This document shows positions 49,706 through 61,388 of a stretch of 64,000 nucleotides of DNA, in pieces. A program made the translations under genes and the position numbers. Source of the DNA: Xanthobacteraceae bacterium. GTDB lineage: Bacteria > Pseudomonadota > Alphaproteobacteria > Rhizobiales > Xanthobacteraceae. The notes beneath the pieces are model-generated. The model searched no databases, was not told the DNA's origin, and saw nothing but the letters and a program-made list of their open reading frames with translations. Location: positions 14,853 through 78,852 of the forward strand of contig DATBKV010000138.1 in NCBI GenBank assembly GCA_036555745.1, read 5' to 3'. Numbering within the stretch: position 1 is the stretch's first letter; the number at the start of each line of letters is the position of its first letter.

Positions 49706-49870
49706 GTCATGCGCGCGAAAAGCGGGCATCCAGTAAACGCGGTAGATGCTCAGGAATACTGGATCCCCACAACGGGGGTCCCCGCGACGCGAGCGTCGCG
49801 GGGTGCACCCCGCGGGGGCGACAGCAGTGTGAACGTACTAACGAAGCACCCGCCCTTGCGCGGCCATGAC
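49706..49870. repeat. MITE/REP-like palindromic element inserted between dctP and dctQ
   Basis: Imperfect terminal inverted repeats GTCATGCGCGCGAAAAGCGGGC / GCCCGCCCTTGCGCGGCCATGAC. Internal perfect hairpin CCCCGCGACG-cgag-CGTCGCGGGG (49780-49803) and nested TACTGGAT(G)/CATCCAGTA repeats. The core is shared with the element at 60156-60274. Confidence 0.5.
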
Positions 49871-49911
49871 GGTTCGAAATCGAGGCGGGCAATAAGGATC
49901 ACGGCACGACG

Positions 49912-50427
49912 ATGACCCGCCTCTCTGCCGCCTTCGGCCGAGTCTTGAATGCCCTCGCAATCGTGGGGGCGCTGATCCTGCTGGGCATGGTGGCGATCGT
50001 CACCGCCGACGTGGTGTTGCGCAACGCGGTCGGTGTCGGGATCGTATGGGCCAACGAAGTCTCCGAATACGCGCTCTACGTCATGACCCTGCTCACCGCG
50101 CCGTGGCTGCTGCGCCGCGGCCAGCACGTGCGCCTTGATGTCGTTCTGACGCTGGTGCCCGCGCGGGTTGCCTGGCTCATGGAGGCCGCCGGCGACGTGC
50201 TCGGATTCGCCGTCAGCATCGTGCTCATCCGTTACGGCGCGCTCATGACCCTGGACAGCTGGCGGCTCGGCGCGATCACGATCAAGAACCTGGTGTTTCC
50301 GGAGTGGTGGCTGCTGGTATTCCTGCCGGCGACTTTCGCGCTGCTGGCGGTTGAGTTCGTGTTCCGTTTCGACCGCCTGCTCAAAGGCGGGCGCGCGCGC
50401 CGTATCGAAGCGACGTCGGTGAGCTGA
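49912..50427 (+). CDS. dctQ: TRAP transporter small permease (DctQ)
   Basis: 171 aa with 4 TM helices, immediately abutting dctM. Confidence 0.8.
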   Translation: MTRLSAAFGRVLNALAIVGALILLGMVAIVTADVVLRNAVGVGIVWANEVSEYALYVMTLLTAPWLLRRGQHVRLDVVLTLVPARVAWLMEAAGDVLGFAVSIVLIRYGALMTLDSWRLGAITIKNLVFPEWWLLVFLPATFALLAVEFVFRFDRLLKGGRARRIEATSVS

Positions 50428-51762
50428 ATGAGCTGGGTCGAAGGAAGCATCCTGCTGTTCGGCGGCCTGGTCGCAGCCATGGCCGTGGGGATGCCGGTTG
50501 CCTTCGCCTTCTTGTTGCTCAACGTCATCGGCGCGGTGCTCTTTCTCGGCGGCGAACCCGGTCTGGCCCAACTCGCGCGCAACGCGGTGCAATCGGTCAC
50601 CAGCTTTTCGCTCACGCCGATCCCGTTCTTCGTGCTGATGGGCGAAGTGCTGTTCCACACCGGGGTGGCGCTCAAGGCAATCGACGCATTCGCTCTGCTC
50701 ATCCGCCGCGTCCCGGGCCGGCTTGCCGTCATCGCCATCATCGCCGGCACCGTGTTCTCGGCGATCTCGGGCTCGACCATCGCCACCACCGCGCTCTTGG
50801 GCAGCCTGATGCTGCCGACCATGCTGGCACGCGGATACGACCCGCGCATGGCCATGGGGCCCATCATAGGGATCGGCGGGGTCGACATGCTGATCCCGCC
50901 GTCCGCACTCACGGTGCTGCTCGGTAGCCTTGCCGGCATTTCCATCGCCGGGCTTTTGATCGCAGGGATCGTGCCCGGGCTGATCCTGAGCGCGATGTAT
51001 GTGAGCTACATCATCGTGCGCGCGGCGATGGATCCGACGCTCGCCCCGGAACGGCCGGTGCAAGAACTGCCGGCGGACGAGCGGCCGCGCGGCGCCGGGC
51101 GCTGGCTGCCGTTCGCGATCCATGTCGTGCCGCTCGTCCTGATCTTCGGCCTTGTCATCGGTGCGATGACCGGCGGCCTGGCGACGCCGACCGAGGCCGC
51201 GGCGGTCGGCGCCGCCGGCACGATCGCGGCCGCCGCGCTCTACCGCAGTCTGACCCCGGCCAACCTGATGAAGGCTCTCACCGGGACGGTGGCGGTCTCC
51301 GGTACCATCCTGTTCATTATCGTCGGCGCCACCACGTTCTCGCAGGTGCTGAGCTTCTCGGGCGTGGTGGATGGGCTGATCGGACAGGTTACCGGGCTCG
51401 GACTCTCGCCCAACGTTCTGATCGTTGCCATGCTGCTGATCCTGCTGTTTCTCGGCTGCTTCGTCGATCAGGTCAGCATGATGCTGATCACGCTGCCGTT
51501 CTTCATGCCGCTGATCCAGCGCTACGACGTGGACCTGATCTGGTTCGGAGTACTGTTCCTGATCTGCATGCAGCTCGGCCTGCTCACGCCGCCGTTCGGC
51601 TTGCTGCTGTTCACGATGAAAGGGGTGGCGCCGCCTGCGATCACCATGCACCAGGTCTACGCAGCCGCGCTGCCTTATATCGCCATGAGCCTGTTGATCC
51701 TCGTGCTGATCTTTTTTCTGCCAGTGATTGCAACCTGGCTGCCGGCACTGCTGAGCCGTTGA
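50428..51762 (+). CDS. dctM: TRAP transporter large permease (DctM)
   Basis: 444 aa with about 12 TM helices and typical DctM motifs ..FFVLMGEVL..SGSTIATTA.. Confidence 0.9.
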   Translation: MSWVEGSILLFGGLVAAMAVGMPVAFAFLLLNVIGAVLFLGGEPGLAQLARNAVQSVTSFSLTPIPFFVLMGEVLFHTGVALKAIDAFALLIRRVPGRLAVIAIIAGTVFSAISGSTIATTALLGSLMLPTMLARGYDPRMAMGPIIGIGGVDMLIPPSALTVLLGSLAGISIAGLLIAGIVPGLILSAMYVSYIIVRAAMDPTLAPERPVQELPADERPRGAGRWLPFAIHVVPLVLIFGLVIGAMTGGLATPTEAAAVGAAGTIAAAALYRSLTPANLMKALTGTVAVSGTILFIIVGATTFSQVLSFSGVVDGLIGQVTGLGLSPNVLIVAMLLILLFLGCFVDQVSMMLITLPFFMPLIQRYDVDLIWFGVLFLICMQLGLLTPPFGLLLFTMKGVAPPAITMHQVYAAALPYIAMSLLILVLIFFLPVIATWLPALLSR

Positions 51763-51852
51763 CGTTCGCGCGTGAGGGGATGGCCGATTCAGATGATTTT
51801 CTGCGGAACAAAGTTCCGGGGCTGCGGTTCATAGACGAGACGAGGAAAACCG

Positions 51853-52143
51853 ATGCGCGTTCTTTTGACCATTCTGTTTGCCATGGCCGCCATTGCGCCG
51901 GCGGCGGGGCAGAGCAATCAATCCGGCAAGCCAGCGCCAGGCGATTCGCCGCACAGCACCGGGCGGACTTATCTTTCGACCGAGGGGCAGCGGCAGCCGC
52001 AGGGATCGACCGGACCGCTCGAGACCGGTTCGGGTGGCGCGCCGGCGGCAAGCCCGCAGGGACAATCACCGCCAGGAATGCAGGCGGCTCCGGAAGGTTC
52101 GTCCAAGACGATAATTGAGACGGCGCCCGCTCCGCAGCGTTAG
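51853..52143 (+). CDS. Small secreted low-complexity (Pro/Gly/Gln/Ser-rich) protein
   Basis: Signal MRVLLTILFAMAAIAPAAG. RBS-like GAGGAAAA upstream. No family recognised. Confidence 0.45.
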   Translation: MRVLLTILFAMAAIAPAAGQSNQSGKPAPGDSPHSTGRTYLSTEGQRQPQGSTGPLETGSGGAPAASPQGQSPPGMQAAPEGSSKTIIETAPAPQR

Positions 52144-52200
52144 CGACGGGTTCCGTCCCCCGGTGCCTGCTCTGAAAAAGCTGGGCAATCCCGGCGACTC

Positions 52201-52635
52201 TTAGTCCGGCAATACCGCCGTCGCCTCGATCTCGAGGCGAGCCAGCGCCTCGACCAGGCGATTGACCTCGACCACCGCCATGGCGGGGAAATGCCGTCCC
52301 ATCACCGCGCGATAGGCCTCGCCGAGCGCGGGAAGGTCGGCGAGATATTCGTCCATGTCGCGCACGTACCAGGTCAGCCGCACGATGTGGCGCGGCGAGG
52401 CGCCAGCTTGTGCCAGCACCGCGGCAATGTTCTCGAGCGCGAGCTTCATCTGCGCGACGAAGCCTTCGGCGAAATGGCCGTCCTTGTCCTGGCCGATCAT
52501 GCCGCCGACGAATACGAGCTCACCGTGCGCGAGAATGCCGTTGGCGAAACCCTTCGGGCGCGGCCAGCCCGGCGGCTGCAGCACCGTGTTGGGGGCGCTG
52601 GCCTCGGATTTCTTTTGAAGCGACCGTTCGGCCAT
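52201..52635 (-). CDS. RidA/YjgF family enamine/imine deaminase
   Basis: MAERSLQ...ANGILAHGELVFVGGMIG...VRLTWYV...PAMAVVEVNRLV...LEIEATAV. It is the last gene of the aryl-CoA operon. Confidence 0.85.
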   Translation of the reverse strand: MAERSLQKKSEASAPNTVLQPPGWPRPKGFANGILAHGELVFVGGMIGQDKDGHFAEGFVAQMKLALENIAAVLAQAGASPRHIVRLTWYVRDMDEYLADLPALGEAYRAVMGRHFPAMAVVEVNRLVEALARLEIEATAVLPD

Positions 52636-52646
52636 CGCGATCCCCC

Positions 52647-54293
<1,647 letters not shown>

Positions 54294-54358
54294 GGCTGTC
54301 GCTCCTTCTCGAGATCCATCGTGGCTCCCGCAGCCCTCCGCGTGCTTCCTCGCAACTT

Positions 54359-55549
54359 TCATTCCGCCGCCAGCGCGGGCTTGGCCACACGGTGCTTCAA
54401 CAGCTCGCGCGCGATCACCACCTTCTGCACCTCGGTCGCGCCCTCGTAGATGCGCAGCGCCCGGATCTCCCGGTAGAGTTCCTCGACCTTGACGCCCTTG
54501 GTGATGCCGAGGCCGCCGTGCAGTTGCACGGCGCGGTCGATCACGCGCTGCGCCGCCTCGGTCGCGAACATCTTCGCCATCGCCGCCTCGCGGGTCACGC
54601 GCTCCGCGCCCCGATCCTTGGTCCAGGCCGCCCGGTAGACGAGCAGCGCGGATGCGTCGACTTCGCCCGCGCTGTCGGCGAGGGCCGCTTGCGTCATCTG
54701 CAACTCGGCAAGCGGCGCGCCGAACAGCTTGCGGCTGGCCGCGCGTTCCACGCTCTCGTGCAGTGCGCGGCGGGCGAAGCCGAGCGCAGCCGCGCCCACC
54801 GTGGCGCGGAATACGTCGAGCGTTGCCATCGCGACCTTGAAGCCCTCACCCGGCCGGCCCAGGCGGTTGGCGAGCGGCACCCGAGCGCCTTCGAAGCGCA
54901 GCGTCGCCAAGGGGTGCGGCGCGATCACCTCAATGCGCTCGGTCACGCTCAATCCGCGCGTTGCGGCATCGACCACGAAGGCCGAGAGGCCCTTGGCGCC
55001 CGGGCCTTCGCCGGTGCGGACGAAAACGACGTAGTGGTCGGCGATGCCGCCATTCGAGATCCAGGTCTTGCTGCCGTCGAGCCGCAGGTGCGACGCCCCG
55101 TCTGGCTGCGCCGTCGTCGCCAGCGCCGATACGTCGGAGCCCGCCTCCGGCTCCGACAGGGCGAAGGCGGCGATGGCTCGGCCGTCGCGCACGGGCGGCA
55201 GGTAGCGCGCCTTGAGCTCGGCCGAGCCGAACAGCGAGATCGAGGCGCTGCCGAGCCCTTGCATGGCGAAGGCGAAGTCGGCAAGGCCGTCGCGGAACGC
55301 CAGGATCTCGCGAGCGAGGCAGAGCGTGCGCACGTCGAGCCGCGGATGCAGCCCGCCGTGCTCGGCCGGCACCACCGCCTTGAGAAAGCCGGCCTCGGCC
55401 AGGGCGCTCACGCGCGCCCGGCAGGCGGCATCGACATCACCATGCGGCAGCTTGGGCAGGGTGGCGTCGGCCCAGCGCGCGAGCATTGCGGCGAAGCGGC
55501 GATGGCCGTCGTCGAAAAAAGGCCAGCTCAGGGTGTCGTCGAGGCTCAT
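54359..55549 (-). CDS. Acyl-CoA dehydrogenase
   Basis: [12 protein letters not shown]...KTWISNG...IYEGATEVQ. Confidence 0.9.
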   Translation of the reverse strand: MSLDDTLSWPFFDDGHRRFAAMLARWADATLPKLPHGDVDAACRARVSALAEAGFLKAVVPAEHGGLHPRLDVRTLCLAREILAFRDGLADFAFAMQGLGSASISLFGSAELKARYLPPVRDGRAIAAFALSEPEAGSDVSALATTAQPDGASHLRLDGSKTWISNGGIADHYVVFVRTGEGPGAKGLSAFVVDAATRGLSVTERIEVIAPHPLATLRFEGARVPLANRLGRPGEGFKVAMATLDVFRATVGAAALGFARRALHESVERAASRKLFGAPLAELQMTQAALADSAGEVDASALLVYRAAWTKDRGAERVTREAAMAKMFATEAAQRVIDRAVQLHGGLGITKGVKVEELYREIRALRIYEGATEVQKVVIARELLKHRVAKPALAAE

Positions 55550-55550
55550 C

Positions 55551-56384
55551 TCAATCGCCCTCGAACGCCGGCTTCTGCTTGGCGGCGAAGGCGCGGTACG
55601 CGCGCGCGAAATCCTCGGTCTCCATGCACAGAGCCTGCGCCACCGCCTCGGCCTCGATCGCGCTCTCGACCGCCATTGCCCATTCCATCTCCAGCATGCG
55701 CTTGGTCATGGCATTGGCGAAGCTCGGTCCGGCGGCGAGATCGGCGGCGAGTTGCTGCGCGTCCCGCAGCAGGCGGTCGGACGCCGTGAGCCGGTTGAAG
55801 AAGCCCCAGCGCTCAGCTTCCTCGCCCGCGAGCACGCGCCCAGTATAGAGCAGCTCGGCGGCGCGCCCCTGGCCGACGATGCGCGGCAGGATCGCGCAGG
55901 CGCCCATGTCGCAACCGGCAAGCCCTACACGGTTGAACAGGAACGCGATCCTGGCGGCCGAAGTTCCGACGCGCAGGTCGGACGCCATGGCGAGGATGGC
56001 GCCGGCGCCCGCGCATACGCCATCGACGGCGGCGATGATCGGCTGCGGGCAGGCGCGCATCCCCTTGACCACTTCCCCGGTCATGCGGGTGAAATCGAGG
56101 AGTTGCGCCGCCCCCATCTCAATCAGCGGCTTGATGATCTCGAACACGTCGCCGCCGGAGCAGAAGTTGCCGCCAGCCCCGGTGATGACGAAGGCTTTGA
56201 CGGCCTTGTCCCTTGCGGCCGCGCGGAAGATATCGGTGAGCTCGGCGTAGCTGTCGAAGGTGAGGGGGTTTTTTCGCTCCGGCCGTTCGAGCGTCAAGGT
56301 CGCGACCTTGCCCTCGACCGCAAGGCGCAGATGGCGCGCCTGATAGCCGGAAAGCGGCAGCGTGACGGGATTGGCCGCGCTCAT
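55551..56384 (-). CDS. Enoyl-CoA hydratase/isomerase (crotonase) family protein
   Basis: [14 protein letters not shown]...[21 protein letters not shown]. The start is an internal Met of track ORF 55551..56807 and overlaps the MarR stop (ATGA). Confidence 0.9.
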   Translation of the reverse strand: MSAANPVTLPLSGYQARHLRLAVEGKVATLTLERPERKNPLTFDSYAELTDIFRAAARDKAVKAFVITGAGGNFCSGGDVFEIIKPLIEMGAAQLLDFTRMTGEVVKGMRACPQPIIAAVDGVCAGAGAILAMASDLRVGTSAARIAFLFNRVGLAGCDMGACAILPRIVGQGRAAELLYTGRVLAGEEAERWGFFNRLTASDRLLRDAQQLAADLAAGPSFANAMTKRMLEMEWAMAVESAIEAEAVAQALCMETEDFARAYRAFAAKQKPAFEGD

Positions 56385-56887
56385 CGGCGCACTCCGATCG
56401 CCTTGCGCGCCGAGATCTTGGCCTTGGCGAGGAGGCGCATGAGAGTGTCCATATCGTCGCCGGAGAGATCCGCGAACATCTCTGCGATCCAGTCCCCGTT
56501 GGCGCGCGCCATCGCGGCGAAGAAGCGCCGCCCCTTGGCGGTGAGGCTCACCAATTGCGCGCGCCGGTCCTTGGGCGACGGCCGGCGGCTGACCAGGCCC
56601 TGCTCCACCAGCCGGTCGACCAGCCCCGTGACGTTGCCATTCGACACCATCATGCGTTGCGAGAGCTCGCCCAAGGTCATCGCCTTGGGGGCGCGGTCGA
56701 GCTGCGCCATCAGATCGAAGCGAGGCAGAGTGACGTCGAAGCTGTCGCGCAGGCGCCGCCGGACCTCGCTCTCGATCACCTCCTTGCAGGTGAACAGGCG
56801 CAACCACAGGCGCAGCTCATGCTGGTGGTCGTGCGGCCGTTCCGCGACCTTGGTCTCTGCGTCGAGGGGAATGGCGTGGTCCTCCAT
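56381..56887 (-). CDS. MarR-family transcriptional regulator
   Basis: [66 protein letters not shown] is a winged HTH. Confidence 0.85.
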   Translation of the reverse strand: MEDHAIPLDAETKVAERPHDHQHELRLWLRLFTCKEVIESEVRRRLRDSFDVTLPRFDLMAQLDRAPKAMTLGELSQRMMVSNGNVTGLVDRLVEQGLVSRRPSPKDRRAQLVSLTAKGRRFFAAMARANGDWIAEMFADLSGDDMDTLMRLLAKAKISARKAIGVRR

Positions 56888-57645
56888 CACATCTCCCCGC
56901 CCGCGACAGCGAGCGTCGTGCCGGTGACCGCCGCCGCCTCCGGCGAGCACAGGTAGAGGACCGCGGCGGCAACCTCCCGCGGCTCGATCATGCGGCCGAT
57001 CGGGGCATGCCGCGCGTATTGGGCCAGCAGCTCTTCTCGGCTGCGGCCGGTCTTCTGAGCGGCGCGAGCGGCGTTCTCGCGCACGAGGTCAGTGTCGGTG
57101 TAACCTGGGCAGACCGCGTTCACGGTCACGCCGCGGGTGGCGGTCTCGACCGCGAGTGCGCGGGTGAAGCCGACGAGCGCGTGCTTCGCCGCGCAATAGG
57201 CCGTGGCATACGGAAAGCCCTCGAGCGCGGCGGTCGAGGCGATGTTGACGACGCGGCCGAAGCCGCGCTCGATCATGCCCGGCAATACGGCCCGGGTCGC
57301 GTGCACCGCGCCCATGAGGTGAACATTCCACATCGTGCGGAAGACCGCCGGATCGGTGCTGACGAACGCCCCGGTTGTCGCCGTGCCGGCATTGTTGACC
57401 AGGATGGCGATCGGACCGCGCGCCGCGGCCGCCGCAGTGACTGCACGTTTGATCTCGGCCGCATCGGTGACGTCGGCGACCCCGTAGCCCGCGGCCTCGC
57501 CGGCGGCGACCGCCTCCCTGAGCGTGGCCTCGGTGCGGCCGATCACGGTCACCGTCACCCCGGCGCCGGCGAGCGCGCCAGCGATGGCGCGACCGATGCC
57601 GCGCCCGCCGCCGGTGACGAAGGCATGCTTAGCTGCAACCGCCAT
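56887..57645 (-). CDS. Short-chain dehydrogenase/reductase (likely 3-hydroxyacyl-CoA dehydrogenase role)
   Basis: TGGGRGIG, NNAG and YCAAK form the SDR catalytic signature. The ORF is open to a GTG at 57666. Confidence 0.85.
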   Translation of the reverse strand: MAVAAKHAFVTGGGRGIGRAIAGALAGAGVTVTVIGRTEATLREAVAAGEAAGYGVADVTDAAEIKRAVTAAAAARGPIAILVNNAGTATTGAFVSTDPAVFRTMWNVHLMGAVHATRAVLPGMIERGFGRVVNIASTAALEGFPYATAYCAAKHALVGFTRALAVETATRGVTVNAVCPGYTDTDLVRENAARAAQKTGRSREELLAQYARHAPIGRMIEPREVAAAVLYLCSPEAAAVTGTTLAVAGGEM

Positions 57646-57666
57646 GGCCCTCGAATCCGCCACCAC

Positions 57667-57774
57667 CCTAATATTTTATGTCTAAAATTTTTAAGCTTCA
57701 AGCTTGTCGGCAAGATATTTCACACTTAAAATAATGATGGCCCACCCCGTTGCGGGTTCGCCAAGGAGGCGCGC
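57667..57774. promoter_or_regulatory. AT-rich divergent promoter/operator region of the aryl-CoA cluster
   Basis: taatattttatgtctaaaatttttAAGCTTcAAGCTTgtcggcaagatatttcacaCTTAAAAtaatg. It contains the 13-bp palindrome AAGCTTCAAGCTT (57693-57705) and TTTTAAG/CTTAAAA inverted repeats. A GGAGG RBS precedes the ATG at 57775. Confidence 0.5.
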
Positions 57775-60138
57775 ATGAAGGTGCACGTGATCGGCGCCGG
57801 CCCGGCCGGTCTCTATTTCGCGATCCTGCTGAAGAAGGCTTGGCCGGCGACCCGCATCACCCTCTTCGAGCGCAACCGCCCCGACGACACCTTCGGCTTC
57901 GGCGTGGTCTTCTCCGACCAGACGCTCGACACTTTCGAGAGCTACGACCGCGAGAGCTACCGCGCCATCATCGGGCATTTCGCGTACTGGGACGACATCG
58001 AAATCCATTTCCGCGGGACGAAGCACCGCATCGGCGGCAACGGGTTCTGCGGCTGTTCGCGCGCGACCCTGCTGAAGATTCTGGGCCGCCGCGCGCGCTC
58101 GCTCGGGGTCGAGATCAACTACCAGACCGAGGTGGCGCCGCTCGATCCGGTGATCCGCGACGCCGACCTCGTAGTGGTGGCGGACGGCATCAACTCGCGC
58201 ATGCGCGAAGCGTTCGCCGGCCGTTTCCAGCCGAGCGTCGATTTGCGGCCGAACGTATTCTCCTGGATGGGCTCGACCCGCCCGTTCGACGCCTTCACCT
58301 TCTTCTTCCGCGAGACCAAGCACGGCATATTCATCGCGCATTGCTACCAATACGAGCCGCGGCGTTCGACCTGGATCACCGAAACCGATCCGGCGACGTT
58401 CCGGCGCGCCGGCCTGGACCGGCTCGACGAGGCGCAATCGGCGCGCTTCGTCGAGGAGTTGTTCGCCGAGGAGCTCGCTGGCCACCGGCTGATCACCAAC
58501 CGTTCGATGTGGCGCAATTTCCCCACCATCCGCTGCCGGCGCTGGGTAGCCGACAACATGGTGCTGATCGGCGACGCCAAGGCCTCCGCGCATTTCTCCA
58601 TCGGATCCGGCACCAAGCTCGCCATGGAGGACGGGATTGCGCTCTACGAGGCGTTCCGCGATACCGCCGCGCGTGTCCCCTTGCGCGCTGCCGACGTCAC
58701 CCCCGCGCTCGCCCATTTCGAGGCAACGCGGCGCGACGAGGTGGAGAAGACGCAGCACTCCGCCGACGTGTCGCTGGTCTGGTTCGAGCACATCGATCGC
58801 TTCTGGGGCATGGATCCGACGCGCTTCGCCTTCGGGCTGATGACGCGCTCCAAGGCAATCACCTATGACAATCTCGCGCTGCGCGCGCCTGGCTTCGTGC
58901 GCGAGGTGGATCAGGTGGTCGCGCGCGAAGTGCGCCAACTCGGTTTTTCGGCGGATGTCTCGCGGCCAGCCGCGCCGATGTTCCAGCCGTTCCGGCTGCG
59001 CGGTCTCACGCTGTCGAACCGGGTGGTGGTGTCGCCGATGTGCCAGTATTCATCGGACGATGGCATGCCCAACGACTGGCATCTCGTGCATTACGGATCG
59101 CGCGCCATCGGCGGCGCCGCCCTGATGTTCACCGAAATGACCGACGTATCGAGGGACGCGCGCATCTCGCCGGGCTGCGCCGGGATGTACAACGATGCGC
59201 ACGAGGCGGCCTGGAAGCGCATCGTCGATTTCGTGCACGCGCAATCGGCGACCAAGTTCTGCCTGCAATTGGGCCATGCCGGCCGCAAGGGTGCCACCAA
59301 GCTGATGTGGGAAGGGATCGACGAGCCGCTGGAGCACGGTGGTTGGCCGATCATCTCGGCGTCGCCGTTGCCTTATTTTCCCTACAGCGCCATCCCGCGC
59401 GAAATGACCCGCGCCGACATGGATACCGTCGTCGCCGATTTCGTGGCGGCCGCCCGCCGCGGCGAGCGCGCCGGGTTCGACATGCTGGAGCTGCACGCGG
59501 CCCACGGCTACCTGCTCGCGAGCTTCATCTCGCCGCTGACCAACCGCCGCGCCGATGAGTACGGCGGTGCGCTGGAGAATCGCCTGCGCTTCCCGCTCGA
59601 GGTGTTCCGCGCCGTGCGCGCGGCGTGGCCGGACGAGAAGCCGATATCGGTGCGCATCTCCGCGACCGACTGGGTCGACGGCGGGTTGACCGGCGACGAC
59701 GCCGTCGCGGTGGCGCGTGCCTTTGCCGAGGCGGGTTGCGACCTCATTGACGTGTCGACGGGACAGACCACTCCCGACGCCCAGCCGGTGTTCGGCCGCA
59801 TGTTCCAGACCCCGTTCTCCGATCAGATCCGAAACGAGGCCGGACTCGCCACGATGTGCGTGGGCGCCATCACCAGCGCCGATCAGGTCAACACCATCGT
59901 CGCGGCCGGCCGCGCCGACCTGGTCGCGCTCGCGCGGCCGCACCTGGTCGATCCGTACTTCACGATGAAGGCCTCAGCCTGGTACGGAACCACTGACGTG
60001 CATTGTCCGCCGCAATATCTGGCCGGCAAGGAGCAACTGTTCCGCAACAGCGCCCGCGAGCGCGAGGAGCTGACAGACCTGCGGCTCAAGACCAAACCCA
60101 AGGGCCACCGCGACAGCTGGAAGGAGGCGGCGGAGTAA
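57775..60138 (+). CDS. Bifunctional aryl-CoA flavin monooxygenase / old-yellow-enzyme reductase (2-aminobenzoyl-CoA monooxygenase/reductase or salicylyl-CoA 5-hydroxylase type)
   Basis: 787 aa. The N-terminal half starts [16 protein letters not shown], with DG and GDA FAD-monooxygenase motifs. The C-terminal half is OYE-like (PMCQYS...HAAHGYLL...RISATDW). Confidence 0.85.
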   Translation: MKVHVIGAGPAGLYFAILLKKAWPATRITLFERNRPDDTFGFGVVFSDQTLDTFESYDRESYRAIIGHFAYWDDIEIHFRGTKHRIGGNGFCGCSRATLLKILGRRARSLGVEINYQTEVAPLDPVIRDADLVVVADGINSRMREAFAGRFQPSVDLRPNVFSWMGSTRPFDAFTFFFRETKHGIFIAHCYQYEPRRSTWITETDPATFRRAGLDRLDEAQSARFVEELFAEELAGHRLITNRSMWRNFPTIRCRRWVADNMVLIGDAKASAHFSIGSGTKLAMEDGIALYEAFRDTAARVPLRAADVTPALAHFEATRRDEVEKTQHSADVSLVWFEHIDRFWGMDPTRFAFGLMTRSKAITYDNLALRAPGFVREVDQVVAREVRQLGFSADVSRPAAPMFQPFRLRGLTLSNRVVVSPMCQYSSDDGMPNDWHLVHYGSRAIGGAALMFTEMTDVSRDARISPGCAGMYNDAHEAAWKRIVDFVHAQSATKFCLQLGHAGRKGATKLMWEGIDEPLEHGGWPIISASPLPYFPYSAIPREMTRADMDTVVADFVAAARRGERAGFDMLELHAAHGYLLASFISPLTNRRADEYGGALENRLRFPLEVFRAVRAAWPDEKPISVRISATDWVDGGLTGDDAVAVARAFAEAGCDLIDVSTGQTTPDAQPVFGRMFQTPFSDQIRNEAGLATMCVGAITSADQVNTIVAAGRADLVALARPHLVDPYFTMKASAWYGTTDVHCPPQYLAGKEQLFRNSAREREELTDLRLKTKPKGHRDSWKEAAE

Positions 60139-60155
60139 GCGCATACACTGCGACG

Positions 60156-60274
60156 TGTCGTCCCAGCGCGGGGGCAGCCCGCGACGCGAGGTCGTGGGGA
60201 GCCCGGTGCAGGAACCCATGTTCCAGGGACCACGGTGTGTGGCACTATGGGTCCCCGCTTGCGCGGGGACGACA
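60156..60274. repeat. MITE/REP-like palindromic element, same family as 49706-49870
   Basis: Terminal inverted repeats TGTCGTCCCAGCGCGGGGG / CCCCGCTTGCGCGGGGACGACA. The internal core CCCGCGACGCGAGGTCGTGGGG matches CCCGCGACGCGAGCGTCGCGGGG of the other copy. Confidence 0.5.
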
Positions 60275-60322
60275 TACAGCACGCGCGCTGCAGTCTCGGG
60301 CGCCGGATAGCGGAGCATTCCC

Positions 60323-61384
60323 ATGCACGAAGCGCTGAACCATGCCAAGCTCGCCATGCTGTTCCGCAAGGAGTTCGAGCTCTGCGAGCTGCGCCAGGGC
60401 GAGACCGTCGTGCTGCTGAGCGACCTCGGGGCGCGCCGCGATTACGTCAGTGCCGCCTTCGCCGCCGCCGAGGATTTCGGCGCCGACGCCTACGAGATGT
60501 GCGTCAACGCCATGCCGTCGTGGACCAAGGTGGGGGTCGCGACCGTCGGACGCTGCAAGGGCACGCTCGAGGCGATCAAGGCGGCCGACATGCTCATCTG
60601 CTTGCACATTCCGTTGTTCACGCGCTGGCTGAAGGAGGCGCGCGACGCCGGCACGCGGGTGCTGATGGTGATCGACGGCCCCGACGAACTCGAAACCTTG
60701 ATGGCGCCGCCCGGCCTCAAGGAGGCCGTGGTCCACGCCGGCAAGCGGCTCGAGCGCGCGAAGACGATGCGCATCACGCGTCCCGGCGGCACCGATCTCA
60801 CGGTCAAGCTCGGCGAATATCCCACCATGATCCAATACGGCTACGCCGAGCTGTCCGGCCGTTTCGATCACTGGGGCGCCGGCCACGTGCACACCTTTCC
60901 CAACGAAGGCTCCGCCAATGGCACTGTCGTGTTCGCGCCCGGAGACATCGTGGTGCTACCGTATTGCCGATACGTGCAGGACGAGGTGCGCCTCGACATC
61001 CGCGACGGCTTCATCCGCAATATCGAAGGCGGTCTCGACGCCAAGCTGATGCGCGACTGGCTCGATGGCAACAAGGCGCATCCCGAGGACATGGACGGCC
61101 ACGCCATCTCCCACCTCGGCTGGGGACTCAATCCGCAGGGGCGCTGGGACGCGATCGCGCTCAACGGCGCCGATCCGATGCGTCACCACGCCGGTGCGCG
61201 CTGCTTCGCCGGAAATTTCCTGTTCTCGACCGGCCCGAACTCGCAAGGCGGCGGCAAGCGCACCACCAAGGGACACTACGACGTGCCGATGCGCGACTGC
61301 ACCGTCGCCCTTGACAACGACGTGATCATCGAGCGCGGACGGTTCACCGACGAGAAGATGCGGGTGGCGTTCGTCCCGCGCTGA
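60323..61384 (+). CDS. NicX-like (2,5-dihydroxypyridine 5,6-dioxygenase family, M29 aminopeptidase fold) Fe(II) ring-cleavage enzyme
   Basis: YGYAELSGRFDHWGAG, ISHLGWGL and GNFLFSTGPNSQGGGKRTTKGHYDVPMRDC align with recalled NicX blocks. These include the His...HxD metal ligands. Confidence 0.75.
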   Translation: MHEALNHAKLAMLFRKEFELCELRQGETVVLLSDLGARRDYVSAAFAAAEDFGADAYEMCVNAMPSWTKVGVATVGRCKGTLEAIKAADMLICLHIPLFTRWLKEARDAGTRVLMVIDGPDELETLMAPPGLKEAVVHAGKRLERAKTMRITRPGGTDLTVKLGEYPTMIQYGYAELSGRFDHWGAGHVHTFPNEGSANGTVVFAPGDIVVLPYCRYVQDEVRLDIRDGFIRNIEGGLDAKLMRDWLDGNKAHPEDMDGHAISHLGWGLNPQGRWDAIALNGADPMRHHAGARCFAGNFLFSTGPNSQGGGKRTTKGHYDVPMRDCTVALDNDVIIERGRFTDEKMRVAFVPR

Positions 61385-61388
61385 CGCG

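Noticed and set aside
49750-51651. 633-aa minus-strand ORF
   Set aside because: It is antisense to dctQ/dctM and spans the MITE-like element. Its composition is dominated by R, H, D, Q, G and E with no hydrophobic core. It is a shadow ORF.
57691-58938. 415-aa minus-strand ORF inside the monooxygenase gene
   Set aside because: It is antisense to a strongly recognisable FAD monooxygenase domain and would run through the AT-rich promoter region. It is a shadow ORF.
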